Source: Styela clava (Eukaryota). Taken from it: 64,000 bases of DNA. Below are positions 1-12,881 of the stretch, piece by piece (position 1 is the stretch's first letter; every line of letters starts with the position of its first letter). The DNA is taken from assembly GCF_964204865.1 (NCBI RefSeq), contig NC_135256.1, positions 11,842,001 through 11,906,000 of the forward strand, written 5' to 3'. The translations under genes and the position numbers were made by a program. The notes beneath the pieces were generated by a model that was not told where the DNA came from, ran no database searches, and saw only the letters and a list, made by a program, of their open reading frames with translations.

Positions 1-1919
1 TTTAGAGACCAGGACTAGTCTATAACAAATTTTATTTTTCATGGTAACAAATTGGAACACGGAGCATGATATTTTGCGACCACTTTCATTATTAAATGTG
101 CAATGATTAAACCATGAAAATATTAATTTGTATTTCAGTCGTTTGCAAGTCGTAACTTAGTAAGCAATTACCGATATATGATCACTTTTTAATGTTCGCG
201 GTCACAACAAAGAACAAGTTGTTTGATAGCTCCCACGAGGCCGAAAACTAATTGCTACCCCGCGTGGTAAACTATACTCTCGCATGCAATAAACTGACGT
301 TTTGACAATTGCAATTTCGCGACTAATTAGTGACTCACGAAATTTAGACCAGCTAGTAGATTGGAAAAGAGTTAACGAGACTCCTGGCGACAACAAAAGT
401 TTGAAAAAAGGTTGAAGTCGGGATACTTGGAGACATTATTCTATCAATCTAACTTTAAATCGCAATACCCGCGTACGACGTCTTGTAAACAAGCACATTA
501 TCGAGTAATGTTGATATACTAGCCTGCTGAATCCTTTTTGTACTTGTTCATTAGTGAAATACCTTGATAAGTACATGGTACATTTGAGTCATAGCGTCAA
601 AATATAAACACTAAGCATGCCATACATGTCGTATTTTTGTAAACTTGAAGATAGCATGGTTTAGCTGAATCATCAAATATAATATATATATACATGATAT
701 TTTCAAAAATTTTCTGCCCATCGCGAATGATATCGCTAACATTAGGGTAATAGATTCCGATATTTGTTGCAAGGTTTATGTATATGTTCAAGTTGTAGTC
801 GCAAATGTATAGTAAAATACATAAAACGACTGATGACAACGTGTTCTTAACTTTTGTGGAAAGGCTGCAAATTTGACCTTGAATTGAGAAGTACGTCGCT
901 TTAAATTAAGTATACAAATAAAAACATCATATTATCGACCAGAATTATCTTATTAGACAATCACAATTAATGATGATATTATTACTCCAGCTTCATCTAT
1001 TTACACAAACTAATCTTGTTTAGCCACGCTCAGTAAACATTCATTATCATAGATATATCTCGCATTTTAGCTATCGGAATGAGGGTCAACGAATGAATGA
1101 TAATTTAATAATACTATGAACAGTTCGTGTAGCTGTCATGTTAACACCTCAAAACTATACAATTCAAACTTTAAATTGCAAATTTCTGTTAGATCATCCA
1201 AAAATGTTCGCAACATGTGGATGGGGAGTCGGTATGCATTTCAACACTCGGGAAAATAAAAGTTGAAACTATTTTGCCAGTTAACGTGACCTATACTGAA
1301 AAGTTATACTATTGGGGAAGCATCATTTTCCGTACTTTACATGCGAATGGGTTTTTGAATTTACAGAAAATTGATCGACGGTTTATTTATGATTTACTTC
1401 ACTTAGATTGTACACAAAATGCAGGTCTGACTAGAAAATTGGGTTATGTATTTTTTTGATGTAAGAGCCGGAGTTCGAATTTTGAGAGACAACGGAAAGC
1501 AGCTTTTTTTGAGTTAAACTTGTTGTTAACTTTACACGACTCGAACTAAACGTTCGATATATGTGTGTTAAATTAATTATATTTGCTCGGTCTTCAACGA
1601 AAAATGTTATGTTTGTTTCTATATGTTATTGTTGTATCCATTGGTTGCTGTATGCCTATTGCGAATGCCTAAGACAGGCGTGTTTATTTGATACTTGTTT
1701 ATATATACTGATACGGCAGTGCATTTGATATGATAGAATTTATTTTACTAGTTTTCTTTCTTTTATAGCGCGCGCAAGCAAACCAAGTTTGTTCATATAA
1801 TTTCAGCTAATGATCGGTTACGATATAGGCTTCTCCTTTCTTTTTGACTAAAACGTATATTCAAATACGTATAAAGTAAAGTTTCATATTTTAAAGGCAG
1901 GTCATAGACAATGACTGAA

Positions 1920-2000
1920 TTTATTGCTTATGAACAATATGTAACAAAAGCATCAAAGAAAATTCCACAGCTGAAAATGTGGCACAAACTTGAAGGCACG
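1920..2000 (-). promoter_or_regulatory. Hes 3'UTR: AATAAA poly(A) signal and miR-124 seed match
   Basis: The minus strand reads CGTGCCTT at 2000-1993, complementary to miR-124 nt 2-9, and AATAAA at 1925-1920. Confidence 0.55.
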
Positions 2001-2069
2001 AACACAAATCAGAATATATAAACATAAGAAAAACTGAAAAGAAGATAATAATAATAATTATATAAGGTT

Positions 2070-3334
2070 TTAGGAAGCAACTCCCCATGGTCGCCATAGA
2101 AAATCTTCTGATTTTGGACAAATATTGAAGGATTGAGTTGATGAAAATTCGATGGATGAACTGCAGGAGCTTTCAGGTGAAAAACTGCGATTTCCGTTGC
2201 TCATAGTACAAGCGTTCGATGACATCGAGGTCCAAACAGGACATTGGACAGGTGGACTTTCCGGGTTTGTATTATTTGGAGAAGGTACAACTTGACAGCT
2301 GTAGGCTTGCATGCTGTTTTCCACTGGTCGAAACCTGCATATTTCCAATTCGTCAAATGTTGAATCAGTGCCACTCGGAGATGGCGATTTTGACGACGCT
2401 GAAGAAATAGGTGATACTGGAATCGGTGAATATTTTCCCGGAATGTTGAATGGAATAGTCGGAACTGGTAGTGTCTTCTGTGGACCATAACGTCCTATGT
2501 TAGACGGTACTACCATATGCGATGCATTTACCATCGGTCTTCGATATGGTTCAAATCGGCTGTCTCTTCTATCTTTGAGTGGAGGATATCCTAAATATTC
2601 GCATTTCATTGCTGGCTTCTGATGACTTTGCGTAGACTGCCGATGGTAACCATTTGAGTCCGAAAAGAGTGTTCCTGTTAATAAACATATTAGAGTTTTA
2701 GCTTTATTTTGAAATTATAAGACTATGTTAAGCAGAAAGTAAATCCGAGATAGTTTCAGTATGAGATTGGAGTAAGAAAGATACCAGTTAGTCACATTCG
2801 ATTTTTCATAAAAGTTTCCAATAAAACCACTGGAAGAGTAATCACGCACAAAATTTTGTGAGCATCTAACAGAACTAATACTGGAGGAAATTCTTTATAA
2901 AAAAATCTTCGGATATTATAGGGCTGTCATGAACAAATGTTACTGGATCTTACCTTCTGAGTTTTCTGTTACAGTAGAGTGTTTCATGTTTCTGAGATAT
3001 CGAACCGTCATTTCGAGAATATCTGCTTTTTCTAATTTGTTCGGCCTAGATTCTTCACTGACAGATCTCAAGACGATACTTTTTAATTCTTCGAGACATT
3101 TGTTTATTCTTTCGCGTCTTTTCTTTTCCATAATGGGCTTGTTAGTCTGTGAAAATTAGCAAATTTCATGCATAAAAAATCATAAATCTTTAAAAAATTA
3201 ACTCACAATACGTGTGAATGACTATTTACTGTATATCATTTAATTATTACAAAATTCATAACTGTAACAACAAAAATTTAAAAATATACCTTGCGCCTAA
3301 GTTCTGCGCTTGTGAGTCTTCTTTCAGCTGGCAT
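2070..3334 (-). CDS. Hes: Hes/hairy-E(spl) family bHLH transcriptional repressor, 3 coding exons, 280 aa
   Basis: Exons (-) 3334-3290 (MPAERRLTSAELRRK), 3146-2954 (TNKPIMEKKRRERINKCLEELK...KLEKADILEMTVRYLR) and 2674-2070 (...FLWRPWGVAS*). All junctions are GT-AG and in phase (843 nt). The proline-containing basic region, KLEKADILE and WRPW are Hes hallmarks. The paralog cannot be assigned. Confidence 0.95.
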
Positions 3335-5312
3335 AGTGACGAATATAACTTATAATATCCAAATGATCTATTATATCCAGTTGTATTTGATGGTCTATTG
3401 AAAACGTTGCAAGTTGTTCCTTAGTAAGTTGATTGATAATAAATAAACCGATATGATTTGTAATCTTGACATAAAGAGTATATAAACTATTGGAGGTCCA
3501 AACCTTTTTCTCATTTAATGACCTCCTTTTTTCTGATTTCGAACGCGAGCACGTTCTCTCGACCTTATGCTGGATCTGCGCGTGTGCGTCGTTCGCTAAT
3601 AGCTTATCTGTTTCAAATTCGGCGATAAATGACGCGATTTATCTGTAATTAAAATAGCTAACAATTACATAAACGTGGACGCTGGACAAACATTACATTT
3701 GTAATGATAACAGATACTATTTTGTGTCAGCCTTCTTGATGATATTGTAACAAAAATCATTTGTTCAAAATTCATTGTTACCCTGGCAATTATTACGTGA
3801 TTGAAAATGAAAAGACTATTGTATAAACATTTGCGCTTGACCTTAGATATAGATATTTAATATTTTATATTAGGCAAAATATTATCGGCATAATTATTAG
3901 CAAACGCGGTGCAATCGACCGAAAAATTATTTTTGTCAATAATTACGTAAGAACAGAACATGGAGAACGACGACCTTATACATTAGGTAATATATAAAAT
4001 AAAATTTTATTCCAAACTAATTTGGAAGAGCAAGTTTCGATATTCTAGAATACAATTTTTTAAAAACGAATGAGATCAACGTACAAGTGCTCTAGATAAA
4101 AATTACGAAAGTTTAGAATATGAATGAGACATAGGTTACGTAATATTATGTAATTCTAATACATGTAAAGTTCGTTTGAGGACAATTTACGTTTCACAAT
4201 TCATTTAGGAAAAAAAACAGAAATTATATCATTATATGGCATCAATTCTCAAAAGAGCGTGCTCAGTGAAAGTTTATTTCAGAGAGTACTACACCTCGTA
4301 CAAAAATTCTTGGAAAAATTCTCATTTTCCAAACGAGACCCAAATATTCCTTTGATGAATTTGTTTTTAATAAAGGTGAAGGCAATCTCTGCACGAGCGC
4401 TAAATACAACCTTGAACCATTTTATAAAGCAATTGAAATTGAACTAGATATAATTACAGGTTGTCGAACCTTGTAGCATTGACTGATGGATGAAGCGAGT
4501 TGTGAATAGAGTTTGTGATAGTTAGTTGTAACGTAGACGCGCTTTGTAAATTACCTCATTAAGTTACAAATGAACTTCGCTATTGTTACAGTTTCACCGC
4601 GTAAGTTGAACAAAAGAAACACAATGTCTGAAGCCCAAACTCTGGCGCTTTGATTGTTATTGAGAGACAGTGTTTCATGTTGAATGTACTCACTATGATT
4701 GGAACCAAATATGAATTTTTGCTCACGTCAAACTACCTACCCTTGTGCTGATTTTCAAGCAATAAATGCAAGAACAAAAATATTTCCGGCCTCCACATTT
4801 TAACGAATATGCTGCGGGATAACTACACATGTTGCAACAATTATATTCAAATTTTAATTGTAAGCGAATTTTTCGGTATATGGTGAACTCGTGGGACAAT
4901 TCATAATTATCATCTTAATTGGATATGTAATTCAATAACGGAAGAATTGATGGAATAATAAGCGATTGTTTTAACAATAATTTGTTTATACTAAATGCGT
5001 GGAAACACCAACAACCATGGCGATTATTGCGACACGAAAATTTGAAGTAAATAATATGATGGTGCTGAAAACTGGAGTTACATTTGCAAAAGATACGTTT
5101 GAGCTTCAATCACAATTTTTTTAATATGATCACAAACGAGTCCGTATTACATATTTATCAACAGTCCCATGTTCAGAACAAATCGCCTGAGCTACATACT
5201 GACTGTGGAAATGTCTAGAATTTTGAAGTATTTTTTTTAAATTGGGGTTCGAATCATATGCTTTGGATTATGGTACAGATTGATAAAGTGAGCATATGCA
5301 AAAAAGGTTCCT

Positions 5313-5322
5313 TTCCCACGAG
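5313..5322 (-). promoter_or_regulatory. Su(H)/RBPJ site overlapping an N-box, about 2 kb upstream of Hes
   Basis: TTCCCACG (=CGTGGGAA) at 5313-5320 is a perfect CSL consensus and overlaps CACGAG at 5317-5322. Further class C/N-box sites lie at 3579-3584, 4888-4893 and 5892-5897. Confidence 0.5.
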
Positions 5323-8300
5323 AGAGATTCCAATACATGGATTTCATTCGAAAACTGATACTGTTAGAAACAAGTAAAGTAATATCATTAAAAATATTTT
5401 AATGTGCCGATCTCCGGCTGGATTATGTATATACTATAAATGCGATGACGTGTGCGACGACACGATCGTGTGCTTGTATATTGCAAAATGCTGGTGAATT
5501 GTTTTTTAAATGGCATTGGCGACCGACACGTATAAACAATTTAACAACCTGAGAGATGTTTATATCCCTGTCTGACTGATTAAACATTAAAAAACTTAAT
5601 AGAGTTGCATGGTTATATAATAAGAACTTCTATATCGGATGCTATAAAAGTCACGGTAGTATTCATTTTCCTTAAGACTATGATAATTTTCGAATGAATT
5701 TATGAATTTAGTATAAAATCACAAAACAAGGATGGTGTATTCCAATCGCAATAATTACCACTGCTCAAACTGCTGTGGCAGCATTAAGTCTAGACTGGGG
5801 TCAAACGCCAAATTTTCGGCGCCAAATATTTCCAGGTGTTTTATTGGATCATAATAGTCAGCTGCGCAACATGGTTTTTACCCACTTCTCTCGCGTGCTT
5901 CCTGAACACCTCATACAGACTTATTGGTGCCATGTTTTAACCTAACCCCTTTTGCGGGAAAATGTGTAAAGATATGCAAAGCTCCACGCTATTATTCAGT
6001 ATGTGCTTAATACAACGTGATGAATTGTCACACAGAACACGCTTAATTTTCTGTTAACATTCATTTGAGTCGCGTATTATTTCACACATTATGGGGTAAT
6101 TTGTTTCACAAAACACTCTGTAACCAACAACCACCGCCCTAGTATGAATCCTAGAATTCCACGTTATGCAAGAACATTTCTCTTAAAAGTTGTTATAATT
6201 GTTGGGATATAAACCATTAATCAAATGTCTTGTTGAAGAAAACAATGTCAAATAAGATATAATATTTACTCAATTATATCCACAACAATATATGATTGCA
6301 TTGAAAAACAATGCACTTGAATAATAACGATAGTATCAAGTGGTTAACACCAAGATTGGGAAATCACTTGATCGGATAATGTCGTGGATGGCACAACTTT
6401 TAAATGCGTTATTTTGGCGCCATTTCAAGTGATGTAAATAATATTGCATTATATGGCGGATGTAAACGCCTAATTTCTAATTACTGAAATGCAAACTTTT
6501 TAGAATTTGTGTAAAATCTATAAAACAAACATAGATAAAATATGTTGATAGGAAAAATATGTCTGCGTTTTTAGAACAATGTCGCAGTTTTTTCATTGTC
6601 CATGTGAATCCGATTAGAAATGATTAGAAATATTTTAATGTACTGTTAAATTATAAGAACAAGAGTTTGTACGGCCAGAAGTTCAAATCAAGTGAATTGA
6701 TATACACATAATAGAATATATATACATATTCATTATAATGGGATAGTCGAAGCTACATATGCACGAACACATGAAATTTAGTTATTTTTATTATTCAAAT
6801 CGAGTATGTTGTACATTTACGATTATGATGCTTGTCATGCGAATTAAAATTTTACACTTTCAAATTTAATTGATTTAAAACTAGTGGTAATGTTCTTGTT
6901 GACTAATTACCTCGCATGATACAGTATTAATAATAATATTAATTAGTTTCGTTGATAAGAAGTAAATTGTGCAAACAAATTAAATATCGCGCAAAATCTT
7001 CATTACAAAGTTGATATTTTATCTATTATCGTGTTAGTTTAGGCACAAATTCTTGTTCGTTGTTTTTCATTGCTTTTCGTATCTTGATTGACGAACTTAA
7101 TAACATAGAAAATGACCAAAAAACAAATAAAAATACTTGGTGGTAGTTGTCACAATATGCAATTAACTACCCTTATCTACTTTACTAGTTGTTTATACCT
7201 ACACCACCATCTCACCATAAGGATATAATACTTAATACTGCACTTCATTTATCAAAGAGGCAAACTTACTTGCGACCGACTTGTGGTTCTCGGCCTTAAT
7301 GTTTACTAAATTTGATACCATATTAAGGTGAATGTTTCGGATATTTTGTAATTGAATTAAAACTTACGTGTACTTTATAGATGACAAATTTTAAATGACA
7401 TCATTAGTTGTAAACACCGAACTAATTTTGCCAATTTGTTAACGATGGCTATTTCCTTTTCTACTAGAAGAACCAATTCACTTGACAAAAGAAGTCATTC
7501 TCAGGGCGCCTCTATGTCTACCCATAGACGTACGGTGTGCAGTTGACTGAGCTCAGTGTAAACAAAATGTTGGCGACCAAACGGTGTGAGATAAACAAGC
7601 ACGACATAATTACTCTGTTTACAGAGTCGTCAGTAAAGAAAATGTTGGTTGTATCGAATAAATTATTTGGAGTAATTAATGTGGCGCCTGATTTTGAATT
7701 AATCCCTTCCTATTTCATTGTTCATCTCCCTTCATCCCATTTCATTATGTCTGAAAATAGTTTCTCACAGATATGAACGTTCACCCAGCAGAAGTTTTTA
7801 CTAAAACAATTAAGTAGAATCTTGGAAATTATCAAGTATGTGAATGCAATACTTCGCGAAAAACAAAATGTTTTCAAGTGGTAATGAATGTGTTACAATG
7901 TGCGCAAAGAGCGGCCCGCGGGTGATGCCACTCGCACATGTTTTTCGCACTTCATTTAGAAATTGCATTTTTATTTATTTTGGGTATCGGCGCATGTTAA
8001 AAAAGCAAAGATTCATGCTTTACAATAAGGGACATTCTATACTTTCGGGGCAGTGACAATAATATAGGATGGCCCAAGAACGGAACCCTGGAACATATGG
8101 CATGGAATTCTCCGGTTTGTTGGGTGACCCTCCACCCAAAATGGATGGGTTTTTTTGCGCCTATTATGTTTCAACAAGTTTGCATAACCATTAAGCCAGA
8201 ATGAAATACGAAACCTAAAACAACTGGGATATAAAAAGGAATAGCACATGAAAATATAAAGCTAAATTTGTAGAACTCAAATCAGATATAGTTTGAAAAA

Positions 8301-8468
8301 AGAAACAAATTGATTTGCAGTTCAGACGACTAAACAAACAACAGCGTTAGCATGGTATTTATAGATAACTTCCTATTTCTCTAGCTTTCAATTAATTATA
8401 ATGTGATATTTTGGCCCCATTTACTTGAATCCCTTACAATTTGTACTTGACATTTATGTGGAACAATT

Positions 8469-10075
8469 TAGGCTTGCACGTAATTGACAAAAATCAATTC
8501 CGTAATTACGGCCAAATCAATTACGTAATGACCCCGTAATTGCGATATTTTTTTCACACATTTAAACCTATCATAACAACCAATTTAATCCACTTCTATT
8601 CCGAATGGGACATCGAAGTTTGGTTTTAATATTCCCGGCAGTACTACACGCCGGCGACAGATGTTAAAGATAAATATCAAGGAGTGAATTCAAAATAATT
8701 CTATTCTGATTTTTATCTTTTGTATTAGCTTTGATTTTTTTAACCACTTTATCACCAAATTTTATGCGATCAATTTTATCATTACCAACACTGGTAATAT
8801 ATTTAAGAAACGATAGTTCCCTTTTTAAAATCGTATTAACGTATTAATACGACTTTCGTATTAAATAAAAATTCCGGGTTGCTAATTTATTAATCAACTA
8901 CAAGCGTATTCTCTCGTTTGATTATACTTTCGCTTGCCTCGCGACGAAGACTTGTTATTTCACCGTTTTTTACAATATCCGACTTTATTACTTAGTTAGC
9001 ATTTTATAATAATTATTGATGCCGACTTATTGACGATATTCCGAATTCCATGCTCCATTTTACATTAAATCATTTCGCGGCCTAAAAGTTATAACATTAT
9101 TTGCGATAAATTTAGATCAAATATTAATTATTTGCGCATTATTTAAAATACCATACTTATATGACATGCCTTCTCCGAAAATACAAAGTTATCTCGCAAA
9201 ACAATGCATTCTGTGACATTTATTTTGCACTCATGAAAATATTAATTTATTTTTCTAACTCAAGTCGACAATCCTATTTGCCAAGATTGACACAAGTTTG
9301 GTCGAGTGCTGGTGGCATTCGAGTCGACGATAAATCAAAATAAGTTGCCGCATTTGGTAAAGACAGGTAATCATATTTGGCCGACATATTGCGAGGCATT
9401 GTGCAAAACATATTGAGCAATGCCAAGTCCGGACAGATATATAACGATAAAATCGGTAACAGAACATCAAGATTTTGTAATAGAAAATGGATCTCGCGCA
9501 GAATAAACACGGGAAATCCCGTCGTATTGTTGTTTCTCTGCCGTCTCAATCTCTTTACCGATGCCGAAAAGACTAAGTTGCGTTGGTTCATTACGCAATT
9601 TCTCTTCCGTCTTTATATTGCTGTTTGATAAGCGCGACATTAATTATCACGGCATTTACAAATAGTCCATGTTTTATAAGTTGATCTCTTACATTCTTTA
9701 GTCATTTCACCCGAAGAAGTTGAAACCAGGTGTGTTGACGTCCATCGGTCTCAACACAATTTTATTCCTTATCTACGGTTAATATGTACATTGGCCATCC
9801 TAGATAAGTTGATAATAGGTTAGTAAATGACGCGTTATGCCTTCCCCATCTGCCTAACAAGAGAGAGAAAAACGGCTGCGAATACCGGAACTCTAACTTC
9901 TTTTACTTAAACTTTAATTTTTTACAATCGACGAAATTGACTGCTCTGAAGAGAGCTCGTTTCAATCGCGAAAGCGCTCGACCAATAATTACGACTTTAC
10001 GTAATTCGTAACTTCGCTTCCGTAACTCGAAATAATTCCGTAATTCCGTAAGTCCGTAAATTACGTGCAAGCCTA
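8469..10075. mobile_element. Non-autonomous TIR DNA transposon (hAT-like), about 1.6 kb
   Basis: 17-bp perfect TIR: TAGGCTTGCACGTAATT (8469) and AATTACGTGCAAGCCTA (ends 10075). Many subterminal CGTAATT/TTACG motifs at both ends. Degenerate TSD TGGAACAA(TT)/TGGAACAT. No intact transposase ORF. Confidence 0.8.
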
Positions 10076-10242
10076 TGGAACATAAACTCAACCATCAAAC
10101 TCAAGTTTATCGCGTTTGCCTTATTATATCTATGTGGAGGTATGTGTGAGTGTGTGTGGATTAATTATTATTTTCAGGTAAGTGAACATATAGCATAAAT
10201 GATTGGTAAATGAATGGTATTTATAGCACAAATGGTTGTTAG

Positions 10243-10555
10243 ATGAATGTGATGTTACCGTATATTGCTATTTCGTAGACAGTCTCAGAACTGCCAGTCG
10301 TTCGTTCACCCTTCAGCTTCAACGCCCACGTGAATGAAGATGCGTTAAAAATCTCTATATGTTTTTATTCGTAAATTTCCACAACACACAGAATATAAAT
10401 TTTAATTTAATAATGACTGGGTGGAACCTGTTATGTTCTTAAAACTGATGTAATTTGATATCTACGAAAGTCTTTGTTCGAATTTTGGGAAAAATTTACT
10501 TTGTCATGATGATTTCAACATGAAACGGGGTACATTTAGGGGTTAGTTGCTATAA
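10243..10555 (+). repeat. ~310-bp direct repeat, copy 1 (copy 2 at ~11955-12267)
   Basis: ATGAATGTGATGTTACCG...CCCACGTGAATGAAGATGCG...GGTTAGTTGCTATAA occurs twice, 1.7 kb apart, and is nearly identical in its 3' part. Confidence 0.9.
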
Positions 10556-10887
10556 TATCTCCCCATCTTACTAACTGGAAGTTTAAAGATTTGGCACCCT
10601 CTAATAAATTGAAAATATATAGAAAAATACAATACACAATGCTAAAATTAATGATATATATAGGTCAAAAAAATATTTACATGTATATGATCTACAATGA
10701 GACGAGACATTGAAGTAAAGAAGAATTTATAGAAAGGGTAAAGGTTGTAAAGTAGAATTACAGAAGGATGGCGTATTTTTATTTTAAAAATTGTGGTTTG
10801 GACGGTTAAAACATATTTTCAATTTGATGTATTTCGCTACGCTAAAATACTCAACGCTCGCATCATCGCATTGTTACGATTTTGTAG

Positions 10888-10988
10888 ACCTAGTTGGTCA
10901 ATATATGCTTGTCCCATGTCGGGAAGAAAAAACGCGTTGCGACCTAGTTGGTCTATATATTTGTCCCATGTCGGGATGAAAAAACGCA
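10888..10988 (+). repeat. Two tandem ~53-bp units
   Basis: GACCTAGTTGGTC.ATATAT..TTGTCCCATGTCGGGA.GAAAAAACGC occurs twice. Confidence 0.8.
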
Positions 10989-11954
10989 TTTTTAAGTTTA
11001 TGCCATCTCAGAGCTTTTTTGAAAAAATAACGCTTTTGGATACAATTTTTGTTAAACGAGCTTATTATTTCACCGTTCTATATGGCGGCTTTGTAAATAA
11101 TTAAAAGTACGACTCGCTCGAATCTACTTTTAAGAAGCATTTTAATTCTAACGAAATCTATTTAATCGAAAAGAAATTCTAACCACAAATATTCAATAAT
11201 ATAAATCTCTTAAAAGGTATTTGAAATTAGATTATTCAAAGTTGTTACTATTAATTCATTTATAAAAATTGAAAACCGAATGAAACGCCATGTATATATA
11301 AGAAGAAAAAGAAGTACTTTACCTTAGTATTAGTGGAAGAATGAAAAATGTCTGTCTCAATGAGGAGAAAAACCTGCAAATCATGAAACAAATTGTAGAA
11401 TTACATGCTCCTGATCTGTATATCCATTAGGTACGCGCGACAATTCCTATCTCTATTATTCGGATTAGAGCGCGTAATTTACCGTAAAACAGTCCATATA
11501 GTTCATTGTTTTCAACAGTTCGTTTTTTGATTAGGTTTTTCACCTCGAACATATATCATGTTCTAAAAGAGTTCATTTCGATCGATGTTCAATACAGTCC
11601 ATATTCATGATTTTAACGTTTCCATAGTCCGTTACCATAGTTCAACTGTTTTCAATTGAGATTATTGTCGTTTCATAATGTTTTTGATTATTTCGGCTTG
11701 TCAGCAATTTGCTACTTCAATCGTTGTTCCAGGCAATTTGAATCTCCCCGACGTTCGTAAGTTGGTCGAATTTGATTTTCGCACGTATTATAGAGACGGT
11801 TTCTCGGCAATTGTTGAAAGCTTCTGCTTGGTCAGCTTTTTGGTTGATTCCGTCAAATTGTTGCTTGTCCTGGTTGTTGTCCGTTGATCTGGTCCGTTTC
11901 AGAAGGTTAATTCAGGTCGGTTTTGTCACCATTTATAGCATATATAATTGGTAA

Positions 11955-12267
11955 ATGAATGTGATGTTACCGTATATTGCTAATTTGTAGATTGTCTCTG
12001 ACTTGCAAGTCACCCGTTCACTTTTCAGGGTTCAACGCCCACGTGAATGAAGATGCGTTAAAAATCTCTATATGTTTTTATTCGTAAATTTCCACAACAC
12101 ACAGAATATAAATTTTAATTTAATAATGACTGAGTGGAACCTGTTATGTTCTTAAAACTGATGTAATTTGATATCTACGAAAGTCTTTGTTCGAATTTTG
12201 GGAAAAATTAACTTTGTCATGATGATTTCAACATGAAATGGGGTACATTTGGGGGTTAGTTGCTATA
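11955..12267 (+). repeat. ~310-bp direct repeat, copy 2
   Basis: Matches 10243-10555. Confidence 0.9.
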
Positions 12268-12881
12268 AACACACATCACTTCTTTTTGGCAGAACTTTTT
12301 AATTTAAATTCTGTACACTTCAAGCTTTACTTAAGATTTTGTTTGCTCTCTTAATTCTATAATTAGTTCTTATTTATTCGTTTCGTCAATTATTCCATCG
12401 CCTGTTATGCTAATTCCGTTAGTCGAATCAAACTTATACTATTACATTTATTACTATTACGCCCAGGGAAACGCTGTTCAAAATATTCGTTGTTTACTTA
12501 CGACATCTAACGGATGTATTTATTCCTCGGGCAGCTAGATACAAAATTTTTATATTCTACTTGAAAAATAATCTTTTGAACTGCATGTGTTGTAGTTGTC
12601 AAGCAAAATATTTATTTTAAAATGTGATAATTTTTTGTGCTGTGTAGAACATGATAAAATTTTATTTCTATTACGTCACAGAGTCAGAATTTGAAGCGTG
12701 GAACTTGAAATTTGCCACGGCATCGCCGCTTTTCAGGGGATTCCCCGTATTTCTTGCCACATCACTGAGCGCGCTGGCAATCCCTTTCAATTTTTCGCTG
12801 GAACTGGTTGTTTCTGAGTTAGGTCCGTTACAAGGTTTTGAACTTTTTGTCAATTTATTTTGAATTTTCTGTTTGGAAACG

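Noticed and set aside
2780-2900. Possible extra (Orange) exon in Hes intron 2
   Set aside because: The open stretch is out of phase with the available acceptors and shows no Orange similarity.
5287-5320. Su(H) paired site (SPS)
   Set aside because: The partner site AGTGAGCA is off-consensus and the 18-bp spacing is longer than the usual 15-17 bp.
9255-9628. Transposase remnant inside the TIR element
   Set aside because: No BED finger, DDE or hAT dimerisation motif was recognisable in the frames read.
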